64,000 nucleotides of DNA from a virus. Below, piece after piece: positions 25,564 to 35,613 of this stretch (positions within the stretch are counted from its first letter, which is position 1; each line of letters opens with the position of its first letter). The position numbers and the translations under genes were made by a program. The notes beneath the pieces are model-generated. The model ran no database searches. It was not told the DNA's origin and worked only from the letters and a program-made list of their open reading frames with translations. Where the stretch lies: IMG/VR virus record IMGVR_UViG_3300035681_000018, positions 6,616 through 70,615 of that record; one strand, written 5' to 3'.

Positions 25564-25686
25564 ACATCTTTTTTTTCTTTTAGTATTTTAGCCCACTTAC
25601 ATGGACGTGCTATCGCTTCTTCTATTTCCTTACTCATGATGTAAGGAAATTCTTTCGTTAATCTTGCAAAGTATTTTTCGAGGCGT

Positions 25687-25956
25687 TCAGCCTCGGAAGG
25701 AATGTGGCACTTCATGGTTGATATCAAATTTCTCAATGATCATGTCAATTTTTTCCAGGGAATCAAGACGACACATCAACTCCGTAATTGCATTGATGGT
25801 AACGGGGTGCTCAGTGCGTGCTGCAAAAGCAAGTGCATCGCGCAGATGACGACCTGCTTCATCCAAGGATTCTTTAACTTGATTAGAAAGAGCCATTACT
25901 TTTCTTGGCAGTACAACTAGATTAACACCAGATCCAACCGATTTGATAGGAGTCAA
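25687..25956 (-). CDS. hypothetical cyanophage protein (likely start MALSNQV)
   Basis: ALS.QV.ESL.EA..LRDALAFAAR.E.P motif. Confidence 0.65.
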   Translation of the reverse strand: MTPIKSVGSGVNLVVLPRKVMALSNQVKESLDEAGRHLRDALAFAARTEHPVTINAITELMCRLDSLEKIDMIIEKFDINHEVPHSFRG

Positions 25957-26509
25957 AGTACGGTTCTACCCCAAGAGATTCCATCAGTTCGTACACAAGG
26001 CGTCCTTTGCCATGGCGACGACCGTCAGGTGCCTTGATATTGTCGTCCACCACAATCAACGTGTTAGGCCCTAGGAGGCCAGACGCTGCAAACAATTCTT
26101 TTAGATGATGAGAAGCAGGCGCCCAATCATGATTCCAATCTGTGATGTTGTACGAATCCAAGTACAGGAGAGATACGTGGCCGCACATTGTATCAAGAGC
26201 TTCGACAGAATCTGATTCAACAACGTCTGCATGTTTGGTAGATGTACGCGCTAGCTCACAAGCCTTTGGATCAATGTCAATTGAAATCAGTTGACCTTTC
26301 CCACGGATATCAATGTAGTTATCAAACAACAAGGTTGAGCAGCCATCGCCTGTATAGTTGTTTTCCTCTCGGTACGTACCAGTCTCAACAATGATTGGCT
26401 CGTCACACGAGTCAAGGTGTGCAAAGATTTTTTCAAAGGTTTCTTTGCGGGCACCTAGCTGTGCCTTAAGAGGAGCAAAGTAAGTATCCCAGGTACGTTT
26501 CTTGGTCAC
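25922..26509 (-). CDS. class I SAM-dependent methyltransferase-like protein
   Basis: IVETGT, ISIDIDP, DSVEAL, LLYLDS, IVVDDN. Confidence 0.75.
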   Translation of the reverse strand: MTKKRTWDTYFAPLKAQLGARKETFEKIFAHLDSCDEPIIVETGTYREENNYTGDGCSTLLFDNYIDIRGKGQLISIDIDPKACELARTSTKHADVVESDSVEALDTMCGHVSLLYLDSYNITDWNHDWAPASHHLKELFAASGLLGPNTLIVVDDNIKAPDGRRHGKGRLVYELMESLGVEPYFDSYQIGWIWC

Positions 26510-26778
26510 AGGTCTACGCGTGTATATGGTACGTCCTGTGATTGTAGCTCCCTTTCGTACTCGTCAGCCTCAATGGTCTCCACGTCTTTGTACGCCAAGT
26601 TGACAAAGCAACCAGTGCGGCACTCGTCGTCAAAGTCAAAATAGAACCGAGTTAAATTTGCAGTCATTTTCCAAAAACAAAACTTAGTTAAAAATTGCAA
26701 CAACCATTTCCAGATTGCTGGCACAAGCCAGCCAAAACAAGAGTAGTACCCCTGAACACCAAGTAAAAACTTGTTCAT
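26506..26778 (-). CDS. hypothetical protein (start uncertain)
   Basis: ORF in - strand operon. Confidence 0.45.
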   Translation of the reverse strand: MNKFLLGVQGYYSCFGWLVPAIWKWLLQFLTKFCFWKMTANLTRFYFDFDDECRTGCFVNLAYKDVETIEADEYERELQSQDVPYTRVDL

Positions 26779-26879
26779 TGGCGGGATGCGACCTCCATGA
26801 AAAACAGGTAAGCATCCATGCTAATGACTACAAACATAGCCCCAAGGATTGAAGCAATTGCGTAGTTGAATCCGTCCAT
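26775..26879 (-). CDS. 34-aa membrane peptide
   Basis: MDGFNYAIASILGAMFVVISMDAYLFFMEVASRQ; ATGA coupling. Confidence 0.45.
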   Translation of the reverse strand: MDGFNYAIASILGAMFVVISMDAYLFFMEVASRQ

Positions 26880-26930
26880 GGCAGTAGGTTTCTTCATCTG
26901 TTAGACTAATGGTAATACACAAAACCATCA

Positions 26931-27785
26931 ATGGTTGCTAGACTAAATACGTCAGACCCTTGGATTAAAGCCAAGGACGAGCAACCAGAAGTCATGCGGT
27001 CGTTGAATAGGACCGCAGCCAGAATTTCTCTTAACGGTCGACGTCACTATACAACGCCGTTACCCACTGGTCCTGCGCCTTCCGTAACCACTATCATTGG
27101 CGAGACCGCTTCCGAAGCAAACAAACGGAAGCTCGAAATGTGGTCGAAAGCAAATCCAGGTGTCAAAGAGCAAGCGGCCGAAAGGGGTACTGCCATTCAC
27201 TATGGCATGGAACAATACCTCAAGGGGAATAAAAATCCTGAAATTAAGGAGGAATATGCGGACTTTTGGGCGGGTATGCCGCCAATCCTGGATCAATTTG
27301 AGGAGATTCTATGGGCCGAATCGCCTGTTTTGGATAAATTTAACTTTACTATTGGTTCTGATGACGTTGCTCGCGTATGGGGCTGTGACTCAGAAGGTCG
27401 TGCTTGGGCTGGTGCTCCTGATATTATTGCTGTTGCCAATAACAAATTGACGCTTGCTGACCTGAAGACCAGTGTTAAACCCTATAGCCGCAAGTGGCCA
27501 AAAGATTTGGAGAAGGGGTCCCAGGAGTGGAGAGACCTGCTTGGTGGTCACATGAAATTCAAGAAGACTTGTAAACAACTCGCCGCATACGACATTGCTA
27601 TTAGCCAGACCCTTGGGCTAAAGGTTCAACAAGCTGCAATACTAGTTTCAACCCCTACTCGCACCCAAATTTTTAAAATTTCACGTCGTTACCTTGATAT
27701 GCTACATGAAGACTGGTACAAAATTGTAGATGAGTACTATAAACAAATTGAAAACTGCAACGTTTACGATTCTGATCTTATTTGA
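26931..27785 (+). CDS. PD-(D/E)xK exonuclease
   Basis: PSVTTII, RGTAIH, AGAPD...LADLKTS, QLAAY. Confidence 0.85.
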   Translation: MVARLNTSDPWIKAKDEQPEVMRSLNRTAARISLNGRRHYTTPLPTGPAPSVTTIIGETASEANKRKLEMWSKANPGVKEQAAERGTAIHYGMEQYLKGNKNPEIKEEYADFWAGMPPILDQFEEILWAESPVLDKFNFTIGSDDVARVWGCDSEGRAWAGAPDIIAVANNKLTLADLKTSVKPYSRKWPKDLEKGSQEWRDLLGGHMKFKKTCKQLAAYDIAISQTLGLKVQQAAILVSTPTRTQIFKISRRYLDMLHEDWYKIVDEYYKQIENCNVYDSDLI

Positions 27786-28212
27786 AAATGGAGAAAAAAT
27801 TTGTACTCTTTGTAAAGAGCTAAAAACTTTAGCGTGCTTTAGCAAAGCAGGTCGAAAAGATTCGCTTAGAAGTGATTGCAAAAAATGTAATGCTAAAAAA
27901 TATAAACAATGGAAAGAAAAAAACAGGACCGCATATTTACGTGGGGCAACCAATGCAGGATTAAAAATAAAATATGGAATCACTCTTGAAGAATATGAGC
28001 AAATGCTAAAAAATCAAAACCAGTGTTGTAAAATTTGCAAAAGTAAAAAACCTGGAAGAAAAGGTGTTAAAAGATTTGCAGTAGATCACTGTCATAAAAC
28101 CAATAAAGTAAGAGGATTGCTGTGCATGTCCTGTAATACAGCAATAGAATTATTAAATGAAAACCCGGTTCTTTTTGACGCTGCAAAACAGTATTTAGAA
28201 GAGTATTCTTGA
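27730..28212 (+). CDS. Endonuclease VII-like homing endonuclease
   Basis: KYGITLEEY..ML..Q..CCKIC...VDHCHKT.KVRGLLC..CN. Confidence 0.85.
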   Translation: MSTINKLKTATFTILILFENGEKICTLCKELKTLACFSKAGRKDSLRSDCKKCNAKKYKQWKEKNRTAYLRGATNAGLKIKYGITLEEYEQMLKNQNQCCKICKSKKPGRKGVKRFAVDHCHKTNKVRGLLCMSCNTAIELLNENPVLFDAAKQYLEEYS

Positions 28213-28249
28213 AACCCTTATTAAATGAAACCACTTGCGCCTTGGTAGG

Positions 28250-28435
28250 ATGGCAGCTTACAACCCCCATGGGAAGATGGAGTGCCGGAAGCGTCTAGCT
28301 TGGACGATCGCCTGCGAGCAAGCCGTTGTCACAAAAGAGGATGCTGTAACAATCTATAACAGACTCATGGATGAATTTAATGGGATGGATAAGAGAAATA
28401 AATACAAACAGACTGAGTCTAATAAGTCTCAGTGA
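28250..28435 (+). CDS. hypothetical protein
   Basis: ATG 28250. Confidence 0.5.
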   Translation: MAAYNPHGKMECRKRLAWTIACEQAVVTKEDAVTIYNRLMDEFNGMDKRNKYKQTESNKSQ

Positions 28436-28503
28436 TTTAACGATATCTTAGGAGACGTCTTGGGTTGGTGGCCGTAGGATAAAAAGACAAGCCAAAAAAC
28501 CTC

Positions 28504-28689
28504 ATGTGCACCCACGTCATCGGCGTGGGCGAATGGATGCATACCCTTGTTAGCCGCATGGCCAATGCGGCGGATGGGGATTTGTTTTGTCTTCCAACGC
28601 CTATGCATTTACATGCTTACAACTTGGTAAAGGACGATCAATATCCCGATCGCAGCTTTAGAATCTCTCTTACCTACCCAACGAAATGA
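28504..28689 (+). CDS. hypothetical protein
   Basis: 61-aa ORF coupled to primase. Confidence 0.55.
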   Translation: MCTHVIGVGEWMHTLVSRMANAADGDLFCLPTPMHLHAYNLVKDDQYPDRSFRISLTYPTK

Positions 28690-31319
28690 CGTCGAGTATG
28701 AACCAGCAGGCAGTAAAACCGGGCGAAATTCGGCTCGATCTCATTCCCATTGACTGGCCCTTGACCCCACTGGGTCCCAACAAAGATCCCTACGTCATGG
28801 GATGGCAAAACAAACCGTTTACTAAAGAAGAAATTGAAAATGAAATTATCAACGGAGAATGTAAAGCTATCGGATTACTTGGTGGTCCTGCCTACAACCA
28901 TCCTTATGGTCTCGTTTGGGTTGATGTTGACGGACCATCCGTTTATGAACTCATCGAACAGATTTCCAACCTCCCAATACTCGATGCGTTGCCACCCACC
29001 CTTACCATCCTCAGTGGTAAAGCAGGCCGAGAGCGTCGCCTCTACAAAGTAAGTAAAGAAAAACAAAAGCATTTCATTCGTAACAAATACACATGGACCT
29101 CGCAGGGGTCCATGGAAAAACTTGAGATCTTGTGGAAGCGGCACCAAGGCGTATTGATGGGTGCGCATCCAGATACGCAAGGTTACTTCACTGCCGAAGG
29201 TTTGGGATTTGAATGGGCAGACAAATTACCTGAACTTCCAGATTGGGTATTGAATGGCATCATCACCAGGAATGCGAAACAAGGGCGTCCTGCTCAAGAA
29301 GTCTCACGCATCATCGGTAACTCGTTCGCAATCACCAGTCGCATTGGATTGGAACGTGATATGCAATTGGCAGTTTCTGCGATGTGGGCACTCCCCATTG
29401 AGGCAGTCGATGACTATGACATCTGGATTGCGATCGGACAATCGCTCCATGAATTGGACGAATCCCTGCTTGATCAATGGGATGAATGGTCCAAACAAAG
29501 TGACAAATACAAAGAGAACGAATGCCATAAGCGTTGGTTATCCTTTACAAAAGGTGGTGGCCGGGGCATTGGTACGCTTTACCATCTGGCTGAGCAGAAT
29601 GGATGGAAGCGTCCGCAGGAAGACAAGGTTTCTTCCCCTGACGATGCTACGATCAATCTGGCGGCAAGCATTCTTCCCGAAATCGAAAGAAATGTGGAAG
29701 AAGAAATGAATCGCCTTCTCAACACTGCAACTCCAACCGACACAACTCTAATGAACACCGAAGATTATGGCGATGATGTACAACCTAAAAGCACCAGGAA
29801 GAATAAAGAGAAGGAACTCAGGCAACCTAAGAACGAAGTTGCGGACAAACTACTTGGAATCTATGCAAACAATCTGCTCTTTAGTCTTCCGCACAATCAA
29901 TTCTTTATGTATGACCCTAGCCAGGGTCTGTGGAACAAAGTAAGCAAGATTGAAATGCTTGGTGATATCCGTTCCAAGCTACAAGCTCTCCTTACTAGTG
30001 GTTGGTTGCGCGAAGGGTTTAGCTTTCAAATGCTTGATGATATGTTCAAGCAACTGCAAGCAATGGTCCCGTGTGATAAATGGCACGAGGCAACGGACGT
30101 CCTGCTATTCACCAACGGTGTACTTGACGTCACAACAAAGGAACTGCGGCCATTTGACCGTAATTTGCATATGACGCAACAAATGCCATATGCCTATAAC
30201 CCTCAAGCAACCTGCGAACCGATCATTGATTGGCTTCGTTACACGCAGCATGGTTCCGAAAAACGTACGCAAGTTCTTCGTGCATGGCTGCGAGCAACTC
30301 TTCTTGGTCGCCACGAACTTCAAAAGTTTCTTGAGTTGGTTGGTCCTGGTAAGTCTGGTAAATCCACCTACGCAAACCTATGTGTTGCATTGGTAGGCAA
30401 ACGTAACGTCTGCTCCACAGAGTTAGAACAGATTGAGAAGAACCGATTTGAAACTGCAAGTTTCATGGGTAAGAAAATCATTCTGTTCCAGGACTCTGAC
30501 CGTTATGGTGGCAGTGTTTCGAAACTAAAAGCCATCACTGGTGGTGACTGGATTCGTTCTGAGTTCAAGTATCAAGCAGATCAACTAGAGCCTTTCCAGT
30601 TCCAAGGTGTTGTCATTATTACTGCTAACGAAGCAATTCAATCCACCGACTACACCTCAGGTCTTGCTCGTCGCCGCCTCACTATTCCGTTCGACCGCCC
30701 CTTCACTGGTGGGCAAGCGCAACAACGTACCTTAATGGGTTTTGATAGTAAGGGTACTCCTGAAGGAGATTTTGCACCCTTGCTTCCAGGGCTTGTTAAC
30801 TGGATCCTAGATATGTCTGAGTCGGAAATGCGTGACTACTTGATGGAGACATCAAAGCACGTTGACTTCTTCCAGGCTTATGAGAAGGATCAAGCCATTC
30901 GTTCCAATCCGATTTTGGATTGGCTGGATAAACGCGTTATCTTTGTACCTGGGGCAGAAGTTGCTATGGGTACTTGTAAGCCTTCACCAGGAGGCGTAAA
31001 TTACTATGTCGACTGGACTACGCAAGTGTATCCGTCTTACGCAGAGCATTGTCGTAGTGCCAACGTTGGTGTGTCGGGGCGTTCTCGCTTTGAAGTCCTA
31101 CTCATGGACATCTGTAAAAACCAACTGAAACTAAATGTCTACGCAACCAAAAAGACCAATGGTCTGGTAATTCACAATATCTTGATACGTGATGGCGTCA
31201 GGGATGACTACAAGTGTTACCCCTCCATTCTGGAAGTAGCTGCAGATCCTGCCAAGTACAAAGTAGAGTACGGTGTTAATCCTGCAATAATGGAAGAAGA
31301 CATCGCAACAGATCATTGA
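28686..31319 (+). CDS. primase-polymerase + PriCT-2 + D5-like SF3 helicase
   Basis: VWVDVDG Prim-Pol, DDYDIWIAIGQSL..W.EWSKQS PriCT-2, GPGKSGKST Walker A, LKAITGGD, RRR finger. Confidence 0.9.
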   Translation: MTSSMNQQAVKPGEIRLDLIPIDWPLTPLGPNKDPYVMGWQNKPFTKEEIENEIINGECKAIGLLGGPAYNHPYGLVWVDVDGPSVYELIEQISNLPILDALPPTLTILSGKAGRERRLYKVSKEKQKHFIRNKYTWTSQGSMEKLEILWKRHQGVLMGAHPDTQGYFTAEGLGFEWADKLPELPDWVLNGIITRNAKQGRPAQEVSRIIGNSFAITSRIGLERDMQLAVSAMWALPIEAVDDYDIWIAIGQSLHELDESLLDQWDEWSKQSDKYKENECHKRWLSFTKGGGRGIGTLYHLAEQNGWKRPQEDKVSSPDDATINLAASILPEIERNVEEEMNRLLNTATPTDTTLMNTEDYGDDVQPKSTRKNKEKELRQPKNEVADKLLGIYANNLLFSLPHNQFFMYDPSQGLWNKVSKIEMLGDIRSKLQALLTSGWLREGFSFQMLDDMFKQLQAMVPCDKWHEATDVLLFTNGVLDVTTKELRPFDRNLHMTQQMPYAYNPQATCEPIIDWLRYTQHGSEKRTQVLRAWLRATLLGRHELQKFLELVGPGKSGKSTYANLCVALVGKRNVCSTELEQIEKNRFETASFMGKKIILFQDSDRYGGSVSKLKAITGGDWIRSEFKYQADQLEPFQFQGVVIITANEAIQSTDYTSGLARRRLTIPFDRPFTGGQAQQRTLMGFDSKGTPEGDFAPLLPGLVNWILDMSESEMRDYLMETSKHVDFFQAYEKDQAIRSNPILDWLDKRVIFVPGAEVAMGTCKPSPGGVNYYVDWTTQVYPSYAEHCRSANVGVSGRSRFEVLLMDICKNQLKLNVYATKKTNGLVIHNILIRDGVRDDYKCYPSILEVAADPAKYKVEYGVNPAIMEEDIATDH

Positions 31320-31678
31320 GCAACGGTCGTCATCTGATCCTTGACCTTTATGGTTGTGATCAAAACCTTTTAGATAACTACGAGGAGCTCCAGCGTTTGC
31401 TGGAAGCTTCTCTTGTTTTGGCGGGAGCAAATATCTTACGTATCTTTGGTGAGAAATTTGAACCGCAAGGCGTTACATTGTTGGCACTACTGTCTGAATC
31501 CCACGCATCTATCCACACGTGGCCAGAAGTAGGGTATGCGGCAGTTGATCTGTACACATGCGGTGATACCACGCTCACACATCGTGCCGCAGAATTCTTG
31601 AAAGCAAAACTCAAAGCAACAACAGCGGAAGAAAAAGAGCTTGTGCGATCAATTGAACCTCTTAATTGTGTAGAGTAA
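31316..31678 (+). CDS. speD: S-adenosylmethionine decarboxylase proenzyme
   Basis: GRHLILDLYGC, F.PQGVT..LLSESH.SIHTWPE.GYAAVD.YTCG. Confidence 0.9.
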   Translation: MSNGRHLILDLYGCDQNLLDNYEELQRLLEASLVLAGANILRIFGEKFEPQGVTLLALLSESHASIHTWPEVGYAAVDLYTCGDTTLTHRAAEFLKAKLKATTAEEKELVRSIEPLNCVE

Positions 31679-31698
31679 ATCGGAATTATTCCGATCTA

Positions 31699-32961
31699 AT
31701 GACTAAAAAAGCAAAACTTTTGTGGTGTGGTGACATCGTTGCCATGACCGGCTTTGCACGTGTAACTGAAAATGTTATCTCTCGTCTGAAAGACGACTTT
31801 GAAATTGTTGTTCTTGGTAACAACTGGTGGGGTGATCCAACGCCACTTCAGCAGGAGTACAAGATGTACCCGTCATCTAACCGTCATCAGACCGCACCCT
31901 TTGGTGAGCAACGCATTCGTGAGATTGTTGAGCGTGAGCAACCCGACGTGGTATTTACGATCAATGATATGTGGATTATTAATGAGCAATACAATCAAAT
32001 CAAGGATCTGCACAAGGCTGGCAAGTTTAAATTTGTTGGCTATGCACCGATGGATTCGTATGCATGGACAGGTTGCTTAGCAGATACTGCCAATGAATGG
32101 GACGCTGTAGTTTCGTACACAGAATTTGGTGCACACGAATTTATGGCTGGTGGTATCACCAGGCCTATCTCTATTATTCCGCATGGTGTGACTCCTGGTC
32201 AGTTCTATCCGGTAGATAAGGCAGAGGCACGCCGCAAGCTGGGACTTAAAGAAGACAGCTTCATTGTTTTCAATGGTAACCGCAATCAATTCCGTAAACG
32301 GATCGACATCACAATCAAAGCATTTGCTGCGTTTGCGGTAGATAAACCTGATGCAATGCTTTACCTGCACATGGGGCTCAAGGACCAGGGCTGGGACATC
32401 ATGGAGGTGTTTGCACGTGAGATGACACGTGTAGGCCTTGATCCAAATGGACGCATCATTATGACGTCAAATCAACCCAGTCCTCCGAATGTATCGGTGG
32501 AAATGCTGAATGACATCTATAACGCATGTGATGTGGGTGTCAATACGTGTAAAGGTGAGGGCTGGGGTCTTGTCAACTTTGAACACGCTGCCTGTGGTGT
32601 GCCGCAGGTAGTGCCCGACCATACGTCATGCAAAGAGATCTTCGAGGGCTACGGCGAACTAATCCGTTGCGACCACATCGATGTGGATACCAACTACGCA
32701 CGTGAGATGCCATGCCCGTCCTCTGACCACCTTGCTGAGATCTTGACGTACCTGTACCAAGACAAAGGCATTCGTGAATGGGTTGGTACACGCTGCCGGG
32801 AACGTGTGCTGGACTCACAGTTCTCATGGGACACAGTTGCGTCTCAATTTGGTGGCATCTTTGAGGAGGTGTTGTCCCAAGAACCTGAACCTGTGGCAAA
32901 ACCTAAAGAAAAACGGAAGGAACGAAAGGATCGTACGAAGACCCGGAAGCTTGGTAAGTGA
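31699..32961 (+). CDS. GT-B (family 4-like) glycosyltransferase
   Basis: TGFARV, PHGV, NRNQFRKR, YNACDVGVN..GEGWGL..FEHAACGVPQV. Confidence 0.85.
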   Translation: MTKKAKLLWCGDIVAMTGFARVTENVISRLKDDFEIVVLGNNWWGDPTPLQQEYKMYPSSNRHQTAPFGEQRIREIVEREQPDVVFTINDMWIINEQYNQIKDLHKAGKFKFVGYAPMDSYAWTGCLADTANEWDAVVSYTEFGAHEFMAGGITRPISIIPHGVTPGQFYPVDKAEARRKLGLKEDSFIVFNGNRNQFRKRIDITIKAFAAFAVDKPDAMLYLHMGLKDQGWDIMEVFAREMTRVGLDPNGRIIMTSNQPSPPNVSVEMLNDIYNACDVGVNTCKGEGWGLVNFEHAACGVPQVVPDHTSCKEIFEGYGELIRCDHIDVDTNYAREMPCPSSDHLAEILTYLYQDKGIREWVGTRCRERVLDSQFSWDTVASQFGGIFEEVLSQEPEPVAKPKEKRKERKDRTKTRKLGK

Positions 32962-33032
32962 CATTTGATGGTACGCATGTACTGTGGAAAACGTACGGAG
33001 AGGGGTAAAACAATGAATACCGTCCTATTCAA

Positions 33033-33188
33033 GGATGAATACAGTCTTATCTAACCCTCTATAGGGTTTCATACGTTGTTAAAACAGTGTTGCATTTGTG
33101 GAAAAAATCATGAAGCCACACAGAGGTGCAACACTTTTTCAACACAGTATGAAACCCTATATCTAAGTAAATAAGGCGGTATTCATCC
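33033..33188. repeat. long imperfect inverted repeat (~70-bp arms)
   Basis: GGATGAATAC, TATAGGGTTTCATAC, AGTGTTGCA and TGTGG blocks all mirrored. Confidence 0.85.
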
Positions 33189-33271
33189 CTCCACAAGCCG
33201 GTATTCACAGTTTCTCTTGCGTACACTTCCCAACAGTGGTACAGTGTCATGGTCCCCACCACCAGGAGGTC

Positions 33272-33700
33272 ATGGCACGCACCTACCTAGAGATGCTTCC
33301 GCTTTGGTACGTACAGGACCAGCTAGAGCTCTCTGACCAATACGCGACAGGTCTTGCGTGGAAGACGCAAGCACGTGGTCACAAGCCCGGTGACATGGCT
33401 GGCCGGCAGCATGGCAAGTACTGTTACGTCTCTCTTTGCGGCGCACGGTACCAAGCGCATCGCATCGTGTACTACTTACGTACTGGTAGCGATCCAGGGA
33501 ACGCAGACGTCGTTCACGACCCCTCCAACGTCACGTACGACAACCGTCAGGAACTAGCCCTCAAACAACGCCGCACCCGTCCTGCGCCTTCATACCGACG
33601 CCGCACACGTAACGCCGAAGGAGAGCTGGTCTACAACCTAGAGAACGGCATGTCCTTTCACAAGTACCAACGCCTCATCGGCAACCCACTCAGTTCCTAA
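33272..33700 (+). CDS. degenerate HNH-like protein
   Basis: TGL.WK, KPGDMAG, YQAHRIVYYL..G.DP; catalytic HNH eroded. Confidence 0.55.
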   Translation: MARTYLEMLPLWYVQDQLELSDQYATGLAWKTQARGHKPGDMAGRQHGKYCYVSLCGARYQAHRIVYYLRTGSDPGNADVVHDPSNVTYDNRQELALKQRRTRPAPSYRRRTRNAEGELVYNLENGMSFHKYQRLIGNPLSS

Positions 33701-33702
33701 TC

Positions 33703-34422
33703 ATGGCCAACTACACCAAACGCATCAAAGAACTGGCTTCTGTACTGTCGCCTTTCCGGTACGTCGCCAGCATTGAGTTACTTACGGATGCACAGTTAAG
33801 TGCACACGGTTATTACAGGGGCTTCATATGCCCCCATGGGCATACCATTCGTGACAAGACCTATCATTGGTGTTACGAATGTGTTCGTAAAATTTCCAAT
33901 AACAACTGTGGTTTTGACATCAACTATATTGATGGCTTGTACAAACATCGCCTGCTATCCATCTGGAGCAAGATACCTGTAAAAGATTTTGAAGAGTGCT
34001 GGGAAGCACCTGTGTTAACAAAGTCGCGCATTCGTTTCCCTTCCTATCGTTCTGCTAACAGTAAAAACCTAGCTGAAAACATTAGTGCACATAAAGTCAT
34101 TTATCAATGTGCATGGGGAGATGTCGGCAAGATGGTTGTAACACGTACGTGCCGCAATAAAGATTGTCTTAATCCTTTGCATATGATTTCAAGTTGGAAT
34201 CGCACTTTCCCACCCGTTGAGATCCAACCGTTTCATCACACGTTTGATCCCAGTAAACTGATGCACGCCGCAGATAACCAGCTAAAAAAAACACCTGAAC
34301 CCATTATGAAAGCTAAGTACAAACAAACGATTCAACATCCGTTGGTGAACAAAAACACCCCGGATTATGATGATACACAGGAGCTGTATTACGGTTCATA
34401 TGCCCAGGGATTCAGTAGTTAG
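33703..34422 (+). CDS. Zn-binding His-Me finger/HNH-like protein
   Basis: CPHGH..CYEC, ECWE, AHKVIY, TCRNKDCLNPLHM. Confidence 0.6.
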   Translation: MANYTKRIKELASVLSPFRYVASIELLTDAQLSAHGYYRGFICPHGHTIRDKTYHWCYECVRKISNNNCGFDINYIDGLYKHRLLSIWSKIPVKDFEECWEAPVLTKSRIRFPSYRSANSKNLAENISAHKVIYQCAWGDVGKMVVTRTCRNKDCLNPLHMISSWNRTFPPVEIQPFHHTFDPSKLMHAADNQLKKTPEPIMKAKYKQTIQHPLVNKNTPDYDDTQELYYGSYAQGFSS

Positions 34423-35143
34423 TCAAGAGCAACGAACTAAAAATAATCCATTAGTACTTGGTACTTTTGATCAGCTTTCGCTGCGTTATTTACGTGGCAA
34501 TCTTGGTGCAAAGTACCAAGTAAAAACCAACGGGTTTGGCGGCGGTACGTACAACAATTGGTTTCAGGTCAACCTTTCGGCACCTGCTTGGATCATTGTT
34601 GCCAAAGGGCCGCCGCGCCCTACATACATTAACGTCAGCGTTTATGATCTCAACAACATCCCTCAGACAGATCTGCCTGTGTTCCAGGCTGATTCACTGA
34701 CTAATGGTGTTAACAATCTAGGGGATGTGTACATTCCTTACCTTGACACGGTAATGAGTGTTCAATCCGATTTATACAATACGTTTGATCGGTTACGTCT
34801 TGATCGTGGTGATGATCGCTATTTTCCCTTAGGACCAGGTAGTTATCTTATTTGTGTTTCATCTACACGCAATGAACCGCTTGCTTACGAACTTGGTGTT
34901 GTTATTGAATTTACCGACAACGAATCTTTTTTTGAATTAGAAGATCTTGACGGTAGTGTTTGCTTGCAAGAAGACGCTATTGATGAAGAAAACGCTAAGA
35001 TTATTCTTGAGGTAGGCAATGATGAGTATTACACCACAATACACGATCACTCCTTGTCGGAATGGGAAAATGCATGGTATAGAGAACATCAAGATACCGA
35101 TCGTTTCCCCGAAGTTTTTATTCCGTTAACAAACAGGCCATGA
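34400..35143 (+). CDS. hypothetical beta-sandwich (possible structural) protein
   Basis: NWFQVNL...LGPGSYLICVSS. Confidence 0.6.
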   Translation: MPRDSVVSQEQRTKNNPLVLGTFDQLSLRYLRGNLGAKYQVKTNGFGGGTYNNWFQVNLSAPAWIIVAKGPPRPTYINVSVYDLNNIPQTDLPVFQADSLTNGVNNLGDVYIPYLDTVMSVQSDLYNTFDRLRLDRGDDRYFPLGPGSYLICVSSTRNEPLAYELGVVIEFTDNESFFELEDLDGSVCLQEDAIDEENAKIILEVGNDEYYTTIHDHSLSEWENAWYREHQDTDRFPEVFIPLTNRP

Positions 35144-35262
35144 TCAAATTTCTACGTTCTTTGTTTAAGAAAAAAGTATTAAGACACTCACCAACAACCG
35201 CTTGGTTAAGCTATTGTAAAAGCAATCCATCGGCATTAGAGTGCCGCATGTATGACGTATGA
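35140..35262 (+). CDS. cp12: minimal CP12-like peptide
   Basis: C-terminal YCKSNPSALECRMYDV fits CP12 YCxxNPxxxECRxYD; not in ORF track. Confidence 0.7.
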   Translation: MIKFLRSLFKKKVLRHSPTTAWLSYCKSNPSALECRMYDV

Positions 35263-35399
35263 CCCTCTTAGATCCTCCTCAGAAACCGCAAGAACCCAAA
35301 AAAGTACCCGCTCGGGTCACAGAAGCTACTGAAAAAGACTGGGAAGATTTTTTTGCCGAGCAAGAAAATCTAGAATACTTAAGAGAATTTGACCGGTAG
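35259..35399 (+). CDS. 46-aa hypothetical protein
   Basis: ATGA coupling; ATEKDWEDFF. Confidence 0.5.
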   Translation: MTLLDPPQKPQEPKKVPARVTEATEKDWEDFFAEQENLEYLREFDR

Positions 35400-35404
35400 A
35401 ATAA
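35397..35404 (+). promoter_or_regulatory. TANAATAA putative late promoter (one of at least 8 copies)
   Basis: TAGAATAA 18 nt before ATG 35423. Confidence 0.5.
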
Positions 35405-35422
35405 AGAAAAATATGTGTTGTT

Positions 35423-35611
35423 ATGAATTTAAACAACTATGTTGAAGCTGCGCTTGCTGTTCATGCAGCGGCTTCTGCTATTACTGCGTTAACGCCAACC
35501 CCCAAAGATGATGCTGTTGCAGTAAAAGCGTATCGCGTAATTGAATTGCTTGCATTGGTTGTAGGCCGTGCTAAAGAACCAGGTACCGAAAAACGACGTA
35601 AGCGTCGTTGA
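35423..35611 (+). CDS. holin-like small protein
   Basis: AASAITALTPTPKDD motif, basic tail, next to endolysin. Confidence 0.5.
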   Translation: MNLNNYVEAALAVHAAASAITALTPTPKDDAVAVKAYRVIELLALVVGRAKEPGTEKRRKRR

Positions 35612-35613
35612 TC

